Assembly (NCBI GenBank): GCA_044892525.1
Contig: CM097885.1
Location: 244,900,001 to 244,964,000 of the forward strand
DNA from: Schmidtea polychroa
Lineage: Eukaryota
Direction: 5' to 3'
DNA: 64,000 bases
A program made the translations under genes and the position numbers. The notes beneath the pieces were generated by a model, which saw only the letters and a list, made by a program, of their open reading frames with translations, was not told where the DNA came from and did no database searches. This document shows, piece after piece, positions 13,631 to 26,346 of the stretch. Position 1 is the first letter of the stretch. Each line of letters starts with the position of its first letter.

Positions 13631-14775
13631 TATGACATTGTTTAATTTTTAGAAACATCTGACAACGCCACCAGCCACGCAGCAACAGCCGAACGCATTT
13701 TCATCAAGTGAGTTGAATAATGTCACAGAAAATGATAATGATACAAAATCAACAGCTGTATCTGGATAATTTAAAATGCGAGTGAACATGAAATAAATTT
13801 AATAAAGTTAAATTATGAATTTCTTGTTTTATTCACACTTAATCGATAAAATTTGCACAAATTTTGAATTGAAAACTAATAGATTTCTGTCATTAATGCT
13901 TCAAATACCACAAGGACAATTTTCATATGCTCATTAGACAACCAAAAAGAAAACCTTCTACAAAAATGAAAGAAAAAAAATGCACCAGTAGAGTTACTCT
14001 CTACTTTCTATGTTTGTTGGTGGAATTATTATAATGCGCATATTTCCGAATTCTACTATTTGTACGTTATTGTTGAATTTTGTGGATTATGACATTATCT
14101 GTGTGGTCACTTCAATAACCATCATGCTCGCTCAGTGATACGTATTATTTTATCTCGGCTTCTCATATCTCTCTCTGGCTAACTAAGAATTATTCGTCCT
14201 CATTCTCATCATTCGGACACTCGTATTTTTCCTAATGGAGTAAAATCGTTATGCCTTCGGCAAAACAGAAATATTTCCAAGTCTCACATCAATATTTGGA
14301 CTTAGGCGGTCTCCCTATGAGCACCCTCACTGAACTGCTGATCGAACTATGAAATAGTATCTGGACTATCGGGTACAAGGGCGGAATTCCTCTTTACCCT
14401 GGACCAGCATACCACTCAGGCGAGGTAATAAATCTTAATAAATATAAATTGTTAAGGTGTAATACAATAAATGATTTCTATTTCATGTCTTCCTACTTAA
14501 AATAAAAATTTGTTAATTTAATTTAATAAACTCGGTAGGAGAAAGAAAATAATTTACTCAAAAACATTTAATGATACATTACAAATATAGCTATATTAAA
14601 TCATAGATAATTAACACATATGTACAGCAAAAATTAAAATTAATCATTTCCCACTAATAAGCTTTAGAGTAGTTTGGCTGGCTACTAAAATGTTATGATT
14701 GATACTGATACTAAATTCGAATTCCGTGAATCGATTTATCAAAATAAATTCTTGAACAATGTTTGAAATAGAGAA

Positions 14776-14793
14776 ATCCCGGCTGAGCCCCCA
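14776..14793 (-). promoter_or_regulatory. Primer-binding site, tRNA-Pro-like
   Basis: Minus strand TGGGGGCTCAGCCGGGAT, 7 nt from the LTR; 2 mismatches to the canonical tRNA-Pro PBS TGGGGGCTCGTCCGGGAT. Confidence 0.8.
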
Positions 14794-14800
14794 AAAATCA

Positions 14801-16455
14801 TGTTGGTTACTTAGGGGTGTGTCCTTTTTACAATTTAAAATACGTTAGGGTAATCATAATCGTTCGACTCTTTCCTAAGCACCTCCATGACTATTGCAAT
14901 TTAAACCATTTGTGTACCCATGGCGACGACCATGTTGGTACTGTACACAAAGGTGAAAAAACAATGAGCAGGTGAGCTCTATTACTAAAACTACTCCCCA
15001 TTGGATTTTCTTTTCGGGTTCTAGACTGCCGATAGAAGGTCTTACGTCCTTATTCACTATATATGCTATTTTTGGATCGATGTTGGTCCTCAATTACGGG
15101 TATTTTTAATTATTCTCTTATAAAATTTTGTGCAGGGATCCGTCCTTATTTCCCAGCTAGTAATTATTGTTCTACACTTCCTACAATATTTAAATTATCC
15201 TTTGAAAAATTTGCGCAGGGATTGGCCCTTATTTTCAAGTTAATCCACACTTGCCATAATATTTAAATTGTTCTTCAAAGATTTTGAGCAGGGATCTGCC
15301 TGTGTTTCTAATCCTGAGCTGTCGGAAAAATTACATAAATCTAACTTTATCCATCTTCAACTGGTCTCAACTATTCCATCTTTACTCCTAACTCACTTAT
15401 GTCTATAAAACATAAAGGCGACTAAGCCACCTACATTATCTAAATCTAAATAAAATCCTAAACGACCTAAAATGACATTACACTCCCAAATCATTCCTAT
15501 CACTATCACTGTCCTCTAACTCGATGGACTCAACCGGCGAAATATCTGCCGACCAACAGCACGTAGTGCCGCCCGTCCACAAACTTTTCCCCAGCCCAGA
15601 CCATCGACACAATCAACAAATAATATAATTGAATTCAATAAAAACTATGATTTAGAATAAATGAATTTAAACCATTAAAAAGGATCACTAAAGAAAATTT
15701 AACCGAAACATTAATAGCATATAAAATTTATTAATTAAAATACTCCATAAAAATTACAGAAAACAATAACAAATAAATTACCACATCCACGTTGGCATAA
15801 AATCGAAACTGAGAGTTCTGCAAATTAAGTGGCTATGTTGGAAAAAGTGAGAGATTTTTTTTCAATTGAATTTGTGATCAGTATTTATACTGATTTTGAA
15901 TGCGTACTCTATCCAATCAGAGTGCGAGAATTATTGAATTGATTTTGCACACATGCATGAATGTGTGTAATTATTTATTTGTTTTAATTTCATAAATTTA
16001 ATTAATTTCTTATTTAATTTTTATTAATTTTAATTTTACAAATTTTATAATTTAACTAATTTGAGTAATATTAATTTTTATTAATTTAAACATTTTTATT
16101 CTTTAAATTTAATAAGTTAAATAACCATTTAATTCTATAAACTTTACAATTTACATAATGCTAATTAATTTTATTATTTTTGACGATTAATTTTTATATT
16201 TAAATAATTTTCAACTAATTCCATTTTCTATTTTATTATTTTTCTATTTAAATTTTTAAGTGTTGAATTTTCTGTTAAATTTATTTATCTCTTTATTCTA
16301 TTATACGGGGTTTATTGATTCTTAATGTGTAATGTAGTTTATTTTATTTATTTTAAATTAAACCTTGGTCATAAATTTTTTCAACTTTGCGGTTTTTGTG
16401 TTAGGTATTTTCGATCGATTAAAACAAACTCTCAGTTCTCGTTTTCAGCCCAACA
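14801..16455 (-). repeat. 5' LTR of element A (1655 bp)
   Basis: Near-identical to 175-1833; flanked internally by a PBS and externally by TSD ATAC. Confidence 0.92.
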
Positions 16456-16458
16456 ATA

Positions 16459-19144
16459 CTCTGAGTTTATCCGACAAAATATTCTGTCCCCCTATGGGTA
16501 TTGCTCACAAGGGTACTACTCACATTCAACATGTCGCAAGGGTATTAGTCGCAAAGGTATTTAATGTTTTTATTTGAATGATTATTTAGGCAAATTTGAT
16601 GTTTAAGGCATTGATAATTTTTAGAGTTGATGGTTTTATTCAAGTAAATTTCTATCATTTTTGTGAATTTTTATCGTTTTTATGAATTTCTATCATTTTT
16701 GTGGATTTCCATTATTTTCATGAATTTCTATTATTCTTGTGAATTTCCATAATTTTTTTGTGAATATCAGTAATTTTTGTGGATATCTATCATTTTTGTA
16801 AATTTCTATTATTTTTGTGGATTTCTAACATTTTTGCAAATTTGATGTTTATTGAATGAATATTTAATAATTTAATGCTAATTCTAAGATAAATTTAATT
16901 AATTTCTTGATAATTGGATGTATTTTTATTTGATGGTAAATATTTGTAGAAAATTTAGTGAATTTTGATCTTTTAATGGGCTCTTATTATTTGTCTGGTT
17001 CTATAACAATTAATTAAAAGTCATATTTCTGAAGTTCTCTGAGGATTTTAAGAGGATTGATATATAATAAAGGGCTCAAGTGGGTGAAATCTTTAGGGAA
17101 AATAAGGGATATAATCGGATAGATGTTTAAAAGGGTAGAAATATTTGCTGAGAGATCGGATAAGATGGGATATTGTCGGTTATTAAATTTAATGAGGGAT
17201 GGGTTAAGATGGGAATATATGATTTTTAAAGGGATATTGTCGGTTAGATTTAATGAGAGATCAGATAAGGTGGAAATATATCATTGCAAGGGGGATATAG
17301 TCGATTTATTTTAATGAGAGATCAGATAAGTTGGGAATATATCATTGTAAGGGGGATATAGTCGATTGAATTTAATGAGAGATGGGTTAAGATGGGAATA
17401 TATGATTTTTTAAGTATGCTGTTGGTAAAATATCAATGTTTTAAGGGAAATGTCAATACATTAGTCAGTTATGTATCAATAATAATTATATCGTTTTATT
17501 AGATTGTGATTAATGCACAGTAAATTAATTTAGAACAGTGTTCTATTAAGTAGGGATAATGATCGATTTACTTGGTTTTGACAATGAAATCTTTATAGAT
17601 AATTGGGATTGACTTCAACTTTAATTTATTTTTATCTTTATTTAGGCGGAGAATGACAAAAGTTGAGAAATATGGACTTAAAACATCGACAAACACTAAA
17701 TAAAATTGATCTTTATTGGAAGGAGTCTTGATTTTAATTAGTAATTAAATCGGTTGAATATCGGTAAAAATGATCATTTGAAGAAATATATTTTATTGAA
17801 TGGATAAATTTAATCTTTCAATGGGACCTAGTCAGTTATATTTATTTTAAATTTCGAGTAGAGTGATTAACAAAAATTTTATTATAACCGGTTTTATCAT
17901 TAGATTTTATAAATTATTTAGGGTTAATGACCAAATTATTTTACATGTTTTATAGGGAAATATTCGTGATAATAGGAATTAGTCATTTAAAAGGATATTA
18001 AGGAATCTTATTATTCTGAGGTAAATATATAACCTTTTAAGGATATTTATCGATAAGATACTAATCTTAAAAGATAGAGATATTTCAGGGAAATTTGATG
18101 CTTTTTGATGATATTTGTAATAATATGGATTAAGGAATCTTGTTAGTTTGAGGTGAATATATGATCTCTAACAAGTATTTATCATTAAAATACTAATCTT
18201 TAAATATTGATATATTTAGGGGAAATGATGCTTTTTAGATGATTTTATTAGAGAATTCACTTGGATATACCAATTATTGTCATTTAAATGAATTTACTGG
18301 TTTGTTAGATGTTATCATTAGTTATCTAGTCTCTTTTGGAATTTAATGATAATTATTTTTATTGTAGATTGCTGACTTTGATAATTGTAATGAATTTATA
18401 CTGATTTTTTGAATATATTGAGAAATCAGTCAATCAATTTGAGTACATGTATTACTTTTACAAAAATAATTAAAATTAATTTTATTTAAATTAATTTATT
18501 CAATCTAAATCAATTTTCTACTAGATCTTATTTCAAAGTTTTTATTAATTTATTATCTTAGTTGATTAAACTTGAATGATCAGTATTTTTTTTATTTACT
18601 GGATGATTAATGATTAGAAATCTTTCTTGTCCATTAATTAAATTTTTATGATATTTATTTTGAATAATTTAAATTTTTACAATTATTTAATCAATTTTTA
18701 CCAAGTTATTGATGCCTTGAGTTCAAATAATTTTTCATCCAATTTTTCAAGTGAAGAGTATTTGCTTTTAAAGATCAATTTGTTAGTACATAGTTGTTGG
18801 TTGTAAGTAGTTGGTTGACTTTTTAGATTTTGATAAGAAAATAGTGTATGCGATGAAGAATATTTTGTATTTGTTAGTTGGTACAGTGTTGTTTACTGAT
18901 TGTTGTTATATAGTTGTAGGTTGATAATGCTTAGTACCTGGTTGTTAGTTGATTGTAAGTGTTTAGTATTTAGTTGTTTGAGACTTGGTTGTTGGTACTT
19001 GTTAGGTGGTTAATGGGTAGGTGGGGGGTTGAGAGTTAGCAATATCCTTACGACCAGTACCCTTACGACTAATACCCTTACGACCAGTACCCTTACGACC
19101 TGTACCCTTAGGGGGTCAAAACATCCTGTCGGATAAACTCAGAG
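16459..19144. mobile_element. Non-autonomous DNA transposon with about 38-bp TIRs, TA TSD and subterminal GTCGCAAGGGTA / TACCCTTACGAC repeats
   Basis: ta|CTCTGAGTTTATCCGACA ... TGTCGGATAAACTCAGAG|ta. Internal minisatellites at about 16660-16830 and 17100-17400; no credible ORF. Confidence 0.8.
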
Positions 19145-19439
19145 TATATATAATAAAACTGATCAACAATAAGTATTTATTGAATGCGATTTTTACTTTG
19201 CAATAATAAGTCAGTAGTTATCATTTAAAAGAAGAATGTTTTGTAAATTAGAATTCATTAGTCTTTCATTGTAATTAAAATTATTTTGAATTCCACGTGG
19301 TGATGAGTTGTGGTTTTTTGATGAAAATCAACATTTTTGTTAAATTTGAAAAGGTTTTTCTAATGATTGTAATTAAATATATTTTTGAAGATAGATATAA
19401 AATTAATTTAAAAAGCATTTCATAAAATACAATAAAGAA

Positions 19440-19573
19440 TATTTAGTAGTTAGTTGTAAGTATCTGGTTGTTTGAGAGTTAGTTAGTACGTGGTATCATG
19501 GTGTAAGTATTTGTTAGCACCTAGTTAAAAAATAATCAGTAACCGATTGTTGGTAACTGTTGAATTATTTTTA

Positions 19574-19627
<54 letters not shown>

Positions 19628-21200
19628 CATTTAAATTTCCATTTAAATTTTCATTATAAATTACATTTCTCAAAAAAGTTGGTGGTTATTCAATCTTTTG
19701 ATAATAAATTTAAAAATCTTACTTTAATTTACTTATTTAGCTTTAATTGAAAATTTGAACCATTGGATACTTAATTTTAAATTTTGAACCTTAATTTACT
19801 TATTTAAAATTTTTAACTTTAATTTACCTAATCATTCTTTATTTCTTAATTTTACACCATAATTTACTTAACAACTAAATATAATCCTTATTTTCATATT
19901 TAACCAATAATTTCATGTGGTCATCTGGTTGTAAGTGTTTGGTATCTAGTTGACAGTGCTTAGTACTAGGTAAGTTACTTGGTTGTTAGTACTTGGTTGA
20001 TAATGCTTAGTAGTTGGTAACTGGTTGTTAGTACTTGGTAGGTGGTTGTTAGTTGGTTGTAGGTACTTAGTAGTTGGTTAATAATGCTTAGTACTTAGTT
20101 GTTGTCGCTTGTGAGTACTTGGTATCTAGTACTTAGTTGGTTGGTTGTTAGTACCAGTTGTAGGTAATTAATGCTTAGTACCTGGTTGTTGTCGGTTGTT
20201 AGTACATGGTAGATGGTAGCTAGTTGGTTGTAGGTACTTAGTAGTTGGTTAATAATGCTTAGTAACTGGTTGTTGTCGGTTGTGAGTACTTGGTATCTAG
20301 TACCTAGTTGGTTGGTGGTTTTTGGTTGATAGTACTTGGTATCTAGTTGTAAGTATTTGGTATCAGGTAACTGGTTGTTAGTATCTAGTTGTAGGTTGTA
20401 GGTACTTAGTAGTTGGTAATTAATGCTTAGTACCTGGTTGCTGTTGGTTGTTAGTACTTGGTAGCTAGTTGGTATCTGGTACCTAGTTGGTTGTTTGTTT
20501 TTGATTGTTAGTACTTGTTAGGTGGTTGTATTTACTTGGTATCAGGTAACTGGTTGTTAGTAACTAGTTGTAGGTTGATAAGGCTTAGTACCTGGTTGTT
20601 GACGATTGTTAGTACGTGGTATCTAGTTGTAAGTACTTGGTAGCTAGTTAATGGGTAGGTGGGGGTTGAGAGTTAGTTAGTACGTGGTATCTAGTTGTAA
20701 GTACTTGGTAGCAGGTAATTGGTTGTTAGTAACTAGTAGTAAGTACTTGGTAGCAGGTAACTGGTTGTTAGTAACTAGTTGTAAGTACTTGGTAGGTGGT
20801 AACTAGTTGTTAGTACTTGGTACCTAGTTGGTTGCTTGTTTTTGGTTGTTAGTACTTGTTAGGTGGTTGTAGGTACTTGGTAGGTACTTAGTAGTTGGTA
20901 ATTAATTGTTGTGGGTTGTTAGTACTTGGTATCAGGTAACTGGTTGTTAGTAACTAGTTGTAGGTATCTGGTTGGTAATACATGTTCGTAAGTTACTGGT
21001 TGTTGGTACTTAGTAGGTGGTTAATAATGCTTAGTACCTGGTTGTTGTTGGTTGTATGTACTTGGTAGTTAGTTGTTAGTACTTGGTACCTAGTTGGTTG
21101 CATGTTTTTGGTTGTTGGTACTTGGTATCAGGTAACTGGTTGTAGGTATCTGGTTGGTAATACATGTTCGTAAGTTACTGGTTGTTGGTACTAAGTTGTT
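19440..21200. repeat. Degenerate G/T-rich satellite of TAGTACTTGGT / TAGTTGGTTG / GGTAACTGGTTGTTAG words, interrupted by (ATT)n and an AT-rich block at about 19560-19900
   Basis: Strongly strand-biased reiterated short words, dense from about 19920 to 21200. Confidence 0.8.
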
Positions 21201-21519
21201 GATATGTTGTTGATTTATTATTAAAATTTGTCTTTGAAAAATATTTCATAAAAATTTTCAATAAAAATTATCTTAAAAATTTCCATCTAAAACAATCATT
21301 GAAAAATATTTCTTAAAAATTTCCATTAAAAATTAACTTAAAAAATTATTCCATAAAAATTTCCATTAAAAATTACCATTGAAAAATATTTCATAAAAAT
21401 TTTCATTAAAAAATTTCAATTCTCAAACACCTTCTATTATTTCAACTTTTTGTTAATAAATTTAAAAATTATTACTTTAATTTACTTATTTAAAATTTTT
21501 TTTACCATTGATTACTTAA

Positions 21520-22260
21520 TTTAAAAATTTGGACCTTAATTAACTTTAATTTAATTTTTAGAACCTTAATTTACTTTAATTTAAAAATTTGGACCATTAT
21601 TTACTTTAATTTAATTTTTAGAACCTTAATTTACTTTTATTTAAAAATTTGAACCATAATTTACTGTAATTTAATTTTTTAGAACCATTATTTACTGTAA
21701 TTTAATTTTTAGGACCATTATTTACTGTAATTAAAAAATTTGGACCATAGTTTACTTTTAATTTAATTTTTTAGGACCATAATTTACTGTAATTCAATTT
21801 TTAGGACCATTATTTACTTTAATTGAAAAATTTTGACCATAATTTACTGTATTTGAAAAATTTGGACCATAATTTACTTTAATTTAATTTTTAGAACCAT
21901 TATTTACTGTAATTTAATTTTTTAGAACCATTATTTACTGTAATTGAAAAATTTGGACCATAATTTACTGTAATTCTAAATTTTTGAACATAATTTACTG
22001 TAATTTTATTTTTAAGAACCATTATTTACTGTAATTCAAAAATTTGAGCCATAATTTACTGTAATTTAATTTTTAGAACCATAATTTACTTTAATTTAAA
22101 AATTTGGACCATTATTTACCGTAATTTAATTTTTTAGACCCATAATTTACTGTATTTGAAAAATTTGGACCATTATTTACTGTAATTAAAAATTTTGGAC
22201 CATTATTTTCTGTAATTTAATTTTTTAGGACCATTATTTACTTTAATTGAAAAAATTTAC
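21520..22260. repeat. About 30-bp tandem minisatellite (…GACCAT(A/T)ATTTACTGTAATT…)
   Basis: About 24 visible degenerate units. Confidence 0.85.
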
Positions 22261-23090
22261 CACGTTTTTTAGTTAAGACCACCTTTTTCTCAGGACCAAG
22301 GAGACTCACCTCACTATAGTCTGAAAAATCCTTGGCTTTTTTAGTGTAGACCAGCTTTTTGTATTGAAAATATCCTGAGACCTTAAATTACCATGCTTTT
22401 TTAGTGTAGACCAGCTTTTTGTATTGAAAATATCCTGAGACCTTAAATTACCACGTTTTTTTAGTGTAGACCACCTATTTCTCAGGACCAAGGAGACTCA
22501 CCTCACTATAGTCTGAAAATACCTTGGCTTTTTTAGTGGTAGTCGGATTTTTGTATTGAAAATTTTTTTTTGTATTGAAAATCCCAGGACCATCGAGACC
22601 CCCTCACTATAGTGTGATAAATCCTTGACTTTTTTATTGATAGTCGGATTTTTGTATATAAAAAATTTTATTTGTATTGAAAATCCCAGGACCATCGAGA
22701 CCCCCTCACCATAGTGTGAATAATCCTTGGCTTTTTTAGTGAGACCGCCTTTTTGTATTGAAAAAATTTTTTTGTATTGAAAATCTCAGGACCATCGAGA
22801 CCCCCTCACTATAGTCTGAAAATTCCATGCTTTTTTAGTGAGACCGCCTTTTTGTATAGAAAATCCCAGGACCATCGAGACCCCCTCACTATAGTCTGAA
22901 TAATCCTTGGCTTTTTTAGTGTAGACCACCTATTTGTATTGAAAATCCCAGGACCATCGAGACCCCCTCACTATAGTCTGAAAATTCCATGCTTTTTTAG
23001 TGAGACCGCCTTTTTGTATAGAAAAAAATTTTTTGTATTGAAAATCCCAGGACCATCGAGACCCCCTCACTATAGTGTGATAAAAAAAAA
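22260..23090. repeat. Higher-order minisatellite containing CCCAGGACCATCGAGACCCCCTCACTATAGT
   Basis: The core motif recurs 6-8 times with reiterated TTTTTGTATTGAAAA and TTTTTTAGT linkers. Confidence 0.85.
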
Positions 23091-23208
23091 TTTGGACCAA
23101 AAATCCCTGAAAGCAAAAAATGTGAGTTGCAGCAATTGCGTAATCAAAAGTTGCAGCAGAACCCCCCCCCGGGGGGGTCATTGCTGCGGCGGGCCACTAT
23201 CTACCTAC

Positions 23209-23983
23209 TGTTGTCATCACTATCTTAATAGTCTGTACCATTATTGTTTTGTATCATAACTCTTCTTATACATTTACATTGTCCTCTGTCTGTTTTTACC
23301 TTAATGATTTTTTAGAATCTTTTACCAATTTATTCGTCAGTTGCTTTCATTAAATCTCTTATTTCGATTAGTTCTTTTTACCTGTGTATATCTTAAAAGT
23401 GTCCCTATGACACAATTGCTTTTTGCTAAAAACGAAAGAAGTCCTGCATTATTTCATTATTCATAGTAGGGTAGGGAAGCAATGCATCTGATGGATCATT
23501 CGAACTTCATTTTCCATTTAACGTAACACGAGTCATTAGTAAATGCTACAGACAGAATGGGGAACATATCTAACATAGAACAACCACAATAATGTAATAT
23601 TATCGTGACAGACGAATCTCTACTAACATGCACACTTTTCGTGAAGTGCTGGTCCCTAATTTACTACTCCATCACATACATTTCTGTCTCTCACGAAAGC
23701 GAGTGAATGTTCTTGAGATCCCTGAAATTGAATTGAATGATTTTTTTTCTTAAAACCTTTTCAGATGAACCAAGTCAACCTTACATTCTCAGTGAACTAT
23801 ATAAAATTGTTCTTAAAATTTTGAAAAGTAAAACACCTTGAACTATCAGAACTAAGATGATGATAATATTTGGGGTTTGATTTGCTAAGGAAATTGGTCT
23901 CAATAAAACCAGGACTGGTCCATAGACACAGAAAACTTAATGGGCGATTGATGAGACAATTCTTCGTAATACTATCTACCTCG
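23209..23983 (-). repeat. Inverted duplicate of the TBP upstream region 60508-61249
   Basis: Reverse complement matches almost base for base; this copy has an extra 30 bp at 23381-23410. Confidence 0.9.
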
Positions 23984-25262
23984 TGTTAGATGATGAGAGT
24001 AGGCCCATCACTACATTTACCCTAGACAAATACTATAGGGCAGGGCCCAAAAAATATAGAGTGAACGTGTACGCCGAAGAGCGTAGATAGATAGATGTTC
24101 CACAAACAACCCAATTCCAGGCAAACCAATTCAATCCAACGATCTGCTTATTTATGTGGAGCCGAGGTTAAACAGATGAGCCAGAAAATTCAAAATATTG
24201 ATTCAAAATATTGACAATCATGTGTTGACTAAATTCATTATTTACTTTATGCATCCTGTGTCTTTTGTGACTATTCTTTATTTTATTTCGTTATTGGTGT
24301 ATATAGTAATCATTTTTATTCTATAGAATTTTGTACATATTTTTGAGTAGATTGTTAATTTTATTTAATATATCTTTCTGTATACATATTTAATATTTTT
24401 ATAAAAGGGTAAATTAAATCATTAATAATTAGTTTTATAAGTAAAGATAAATAATATAACAATAAATTTTAATTAACTCTTAATTCAATAACAATAAAGT
24501 TTAATTAATTTTTAATAAACAGCTGAAAATATTTTTGGAAATTAATAAGTGTCTTAAAAAACACTTTTAAAATGAAACACTTGTGAAATAAAATAGAATT
24601 ATAAGTATGAAAATAATAATAAATTAAATTATAAGTATTATTAAATAACAGCTGCCCAAAAAATCTGTATAAATAGCGATAAAAAATTAGTTTTAGTCGC
24701 CCAAAAATCTTGCGAAAAAAGCTCTTATTCAAAGGTTAATCCTTCGAATAAATTAATAATCGAATCAGCACAGAACGATTCACATACTAAACGAAACATA
24801 CTAAGGTATAACACGCATACATAACAAATAACAAATACATATATCTTAACAAGCATCTTAGTAGAAGGAATTGATAAATAATTGTTAACACTCTTGGAAT
24901 TGGAATTTGTGTAGATTTGGTAATTTTTGATCATAATAAATTTTTATATACACTTATTTGTTCTGTTTTGATGTATATATAAGAACCAGCAAGTTAAGTG
25001 TTCCCGAATATCGAGACCTCAACATTTGGTGCCGCGAACCGGGACTTTAAAATCAATTATTGTTATTCACAATTTGGGGGATAGGAATTGAGATCAGAGG
25101 GTTATAGTATTTTATATTGGGAAAATATATTTATAAAATAATATCATTGATCAATTTTAAATAAATAAATTCAGTTTTGAAAATTATTAAATAATTCAAA
25201 AAGATAAAATAGATAATCAACCCGAAATAGTTTACAATCTCAGAAATAGAATAGTCTATAGG

Positions 25263-25711
25263 ATGAATAATAATAATTACATAAAAATTTTACCAGTAGA
25301 ACCATATAGAGGAGAGCCTGAAAAGTTCGACGATTTTTTCACTGAGATCGCTCAGTATGCAGAAGCTTGTGGTTGGACATCTGATGAGTTAAAAATGAGA
25401 ATCCCACTATATTTAAAAGGTTATGCGTTACAGGCATACAATAACTTAGAATGCAAAGGAAATAATTTTGATCAACTCGTAAGATATCTGAGAGCAGAAA
25501 TAGTAATCAATAGCGATTTACAAAAAATAAATGTTCAAAAATTTAGAAACAGATATCAAGGTACTAGAGAATCAGTTGGTGAATATGTATATACAATTAC
25601 GGAGTTTGCGAAAAAGGCATTTGGTGCAGGCGAGCACACAGCAAAATTAATTGAGGATCAGTTTTGGAATGGTATACAAAAATATTTATATAAAGCATTA
25701 ATTATGGTAGA
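25263..25711 (+). pseudogene. Truncated Gag N-terminus
   Basis: LPVEPYRGEPEKFDDFFTEIAQYAEACGW...RIPLYLKGYALQAY aligns by eye with the element B Gag (LPVKAFSGDPGEFPEF...RLPIYLKGLAREKY). It is cut at about 25712 by an unrelated insert. Confidence 0.85.
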
Positions 25712-26346
25712 TAGCGGCGTATTTACCTGTAGGCAGATTAGGCATTTGCCTAGGGCCTCGGATTTATAAGGGCCTCCAAAATCCAAAAAAAAAATTATAA
25801 TTTTTTAAAAAAAAAAAAAAACAAAGTCGTAGCATTTCAGATTTTAAACTTTAACAGTTTTAAAATTTTCAGAGTTAAAACCTTTTTGGGCCTCAATTTC
25901 TATAAGTAAAAGAATTTGCACATATTCAAAAAGGAAAAAATAACAAATAGGATAAAAGCAAAATCCAAGCAAGGTTTGAATTTTTATATTTTGAATATAA
26001 TATATTTTATTTTGTAAAGGCCTACTAATTTTATTTTATAAATTGAATTTGAGGCCCCACGAATAGGTTTTAAACTCTGAAAAATTAAAAAAAAAATTAC
26101 AAAAAAAAACAATAGTCCGTAGCATTTCAGATTTGAAACTTTTTATTTACAAAATAAAATTGGTAGGCCTTTAAATACAAAATAAAATTATATGATACAC
26201 AAAATAGAAATATAAAAATTCAAATAGGAAAAAACAACAACCAAGCAAGCTTTGAATTTGTATTTGTATTTTGTATATTTCTTTTCCAAAACAGAAAATG
26301 CATATGCAATTTCATTTCATTTATTGTTTGAATTTTAACGGCCCAG
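25712..26346. mobile_element. MITE-like insert replacing the interior of element C
   Basis: Abrupt loss of Gag homology at TAGCGGCGTATTTACC. Internal GGCC-rich repeats and an imperfect end TTAACGGCCCAG; no TSD found. Confidence 0.45.

Larger units (their letters stand above)
175..16455 (-). mobile_element. 16.3-kb non-autonomous LTR retrotransposon (Gag-like ORF only, no recognisable pol); element A
   Basis: Direct repeats 175-1833 and 14801-16455, both TGTT...AACA, with about 8 differences seen by eye. 4-bp TSD ATAC at 171-174 and 16456-16459. PBS next to the right LTR. Gag-like ORF on the minus strand. Confidence 0.92.

Noticed and set aside
19920-21200. Possible telomeric or interstitial telomeric repeat
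   Set aside because: G/T-biased, but there is no regular TTAGG, TTAGGG or TTAGGC periodicity; the words are heterogeneous.
22300-23075. Repeated CTCACTATAG resembling the T7 promoter core
   Set aside because: The upstream TAATACGA is missing and the motif is embedded in a native tandem array, so it is not vector contamination.
22260-23090. CRISPR-like repeat/spacer appearance
   Set aside because: The intervening sequences are themselves repeated and variable in length, the context is eukaryotic, and no cas genes are present. It is a minisatellite.
24505-24934. Small minus-strand ORFs repeated at 26862-27291
   Set aside because: AT-rich chance ORFs inside the duplicated LTR of element C.
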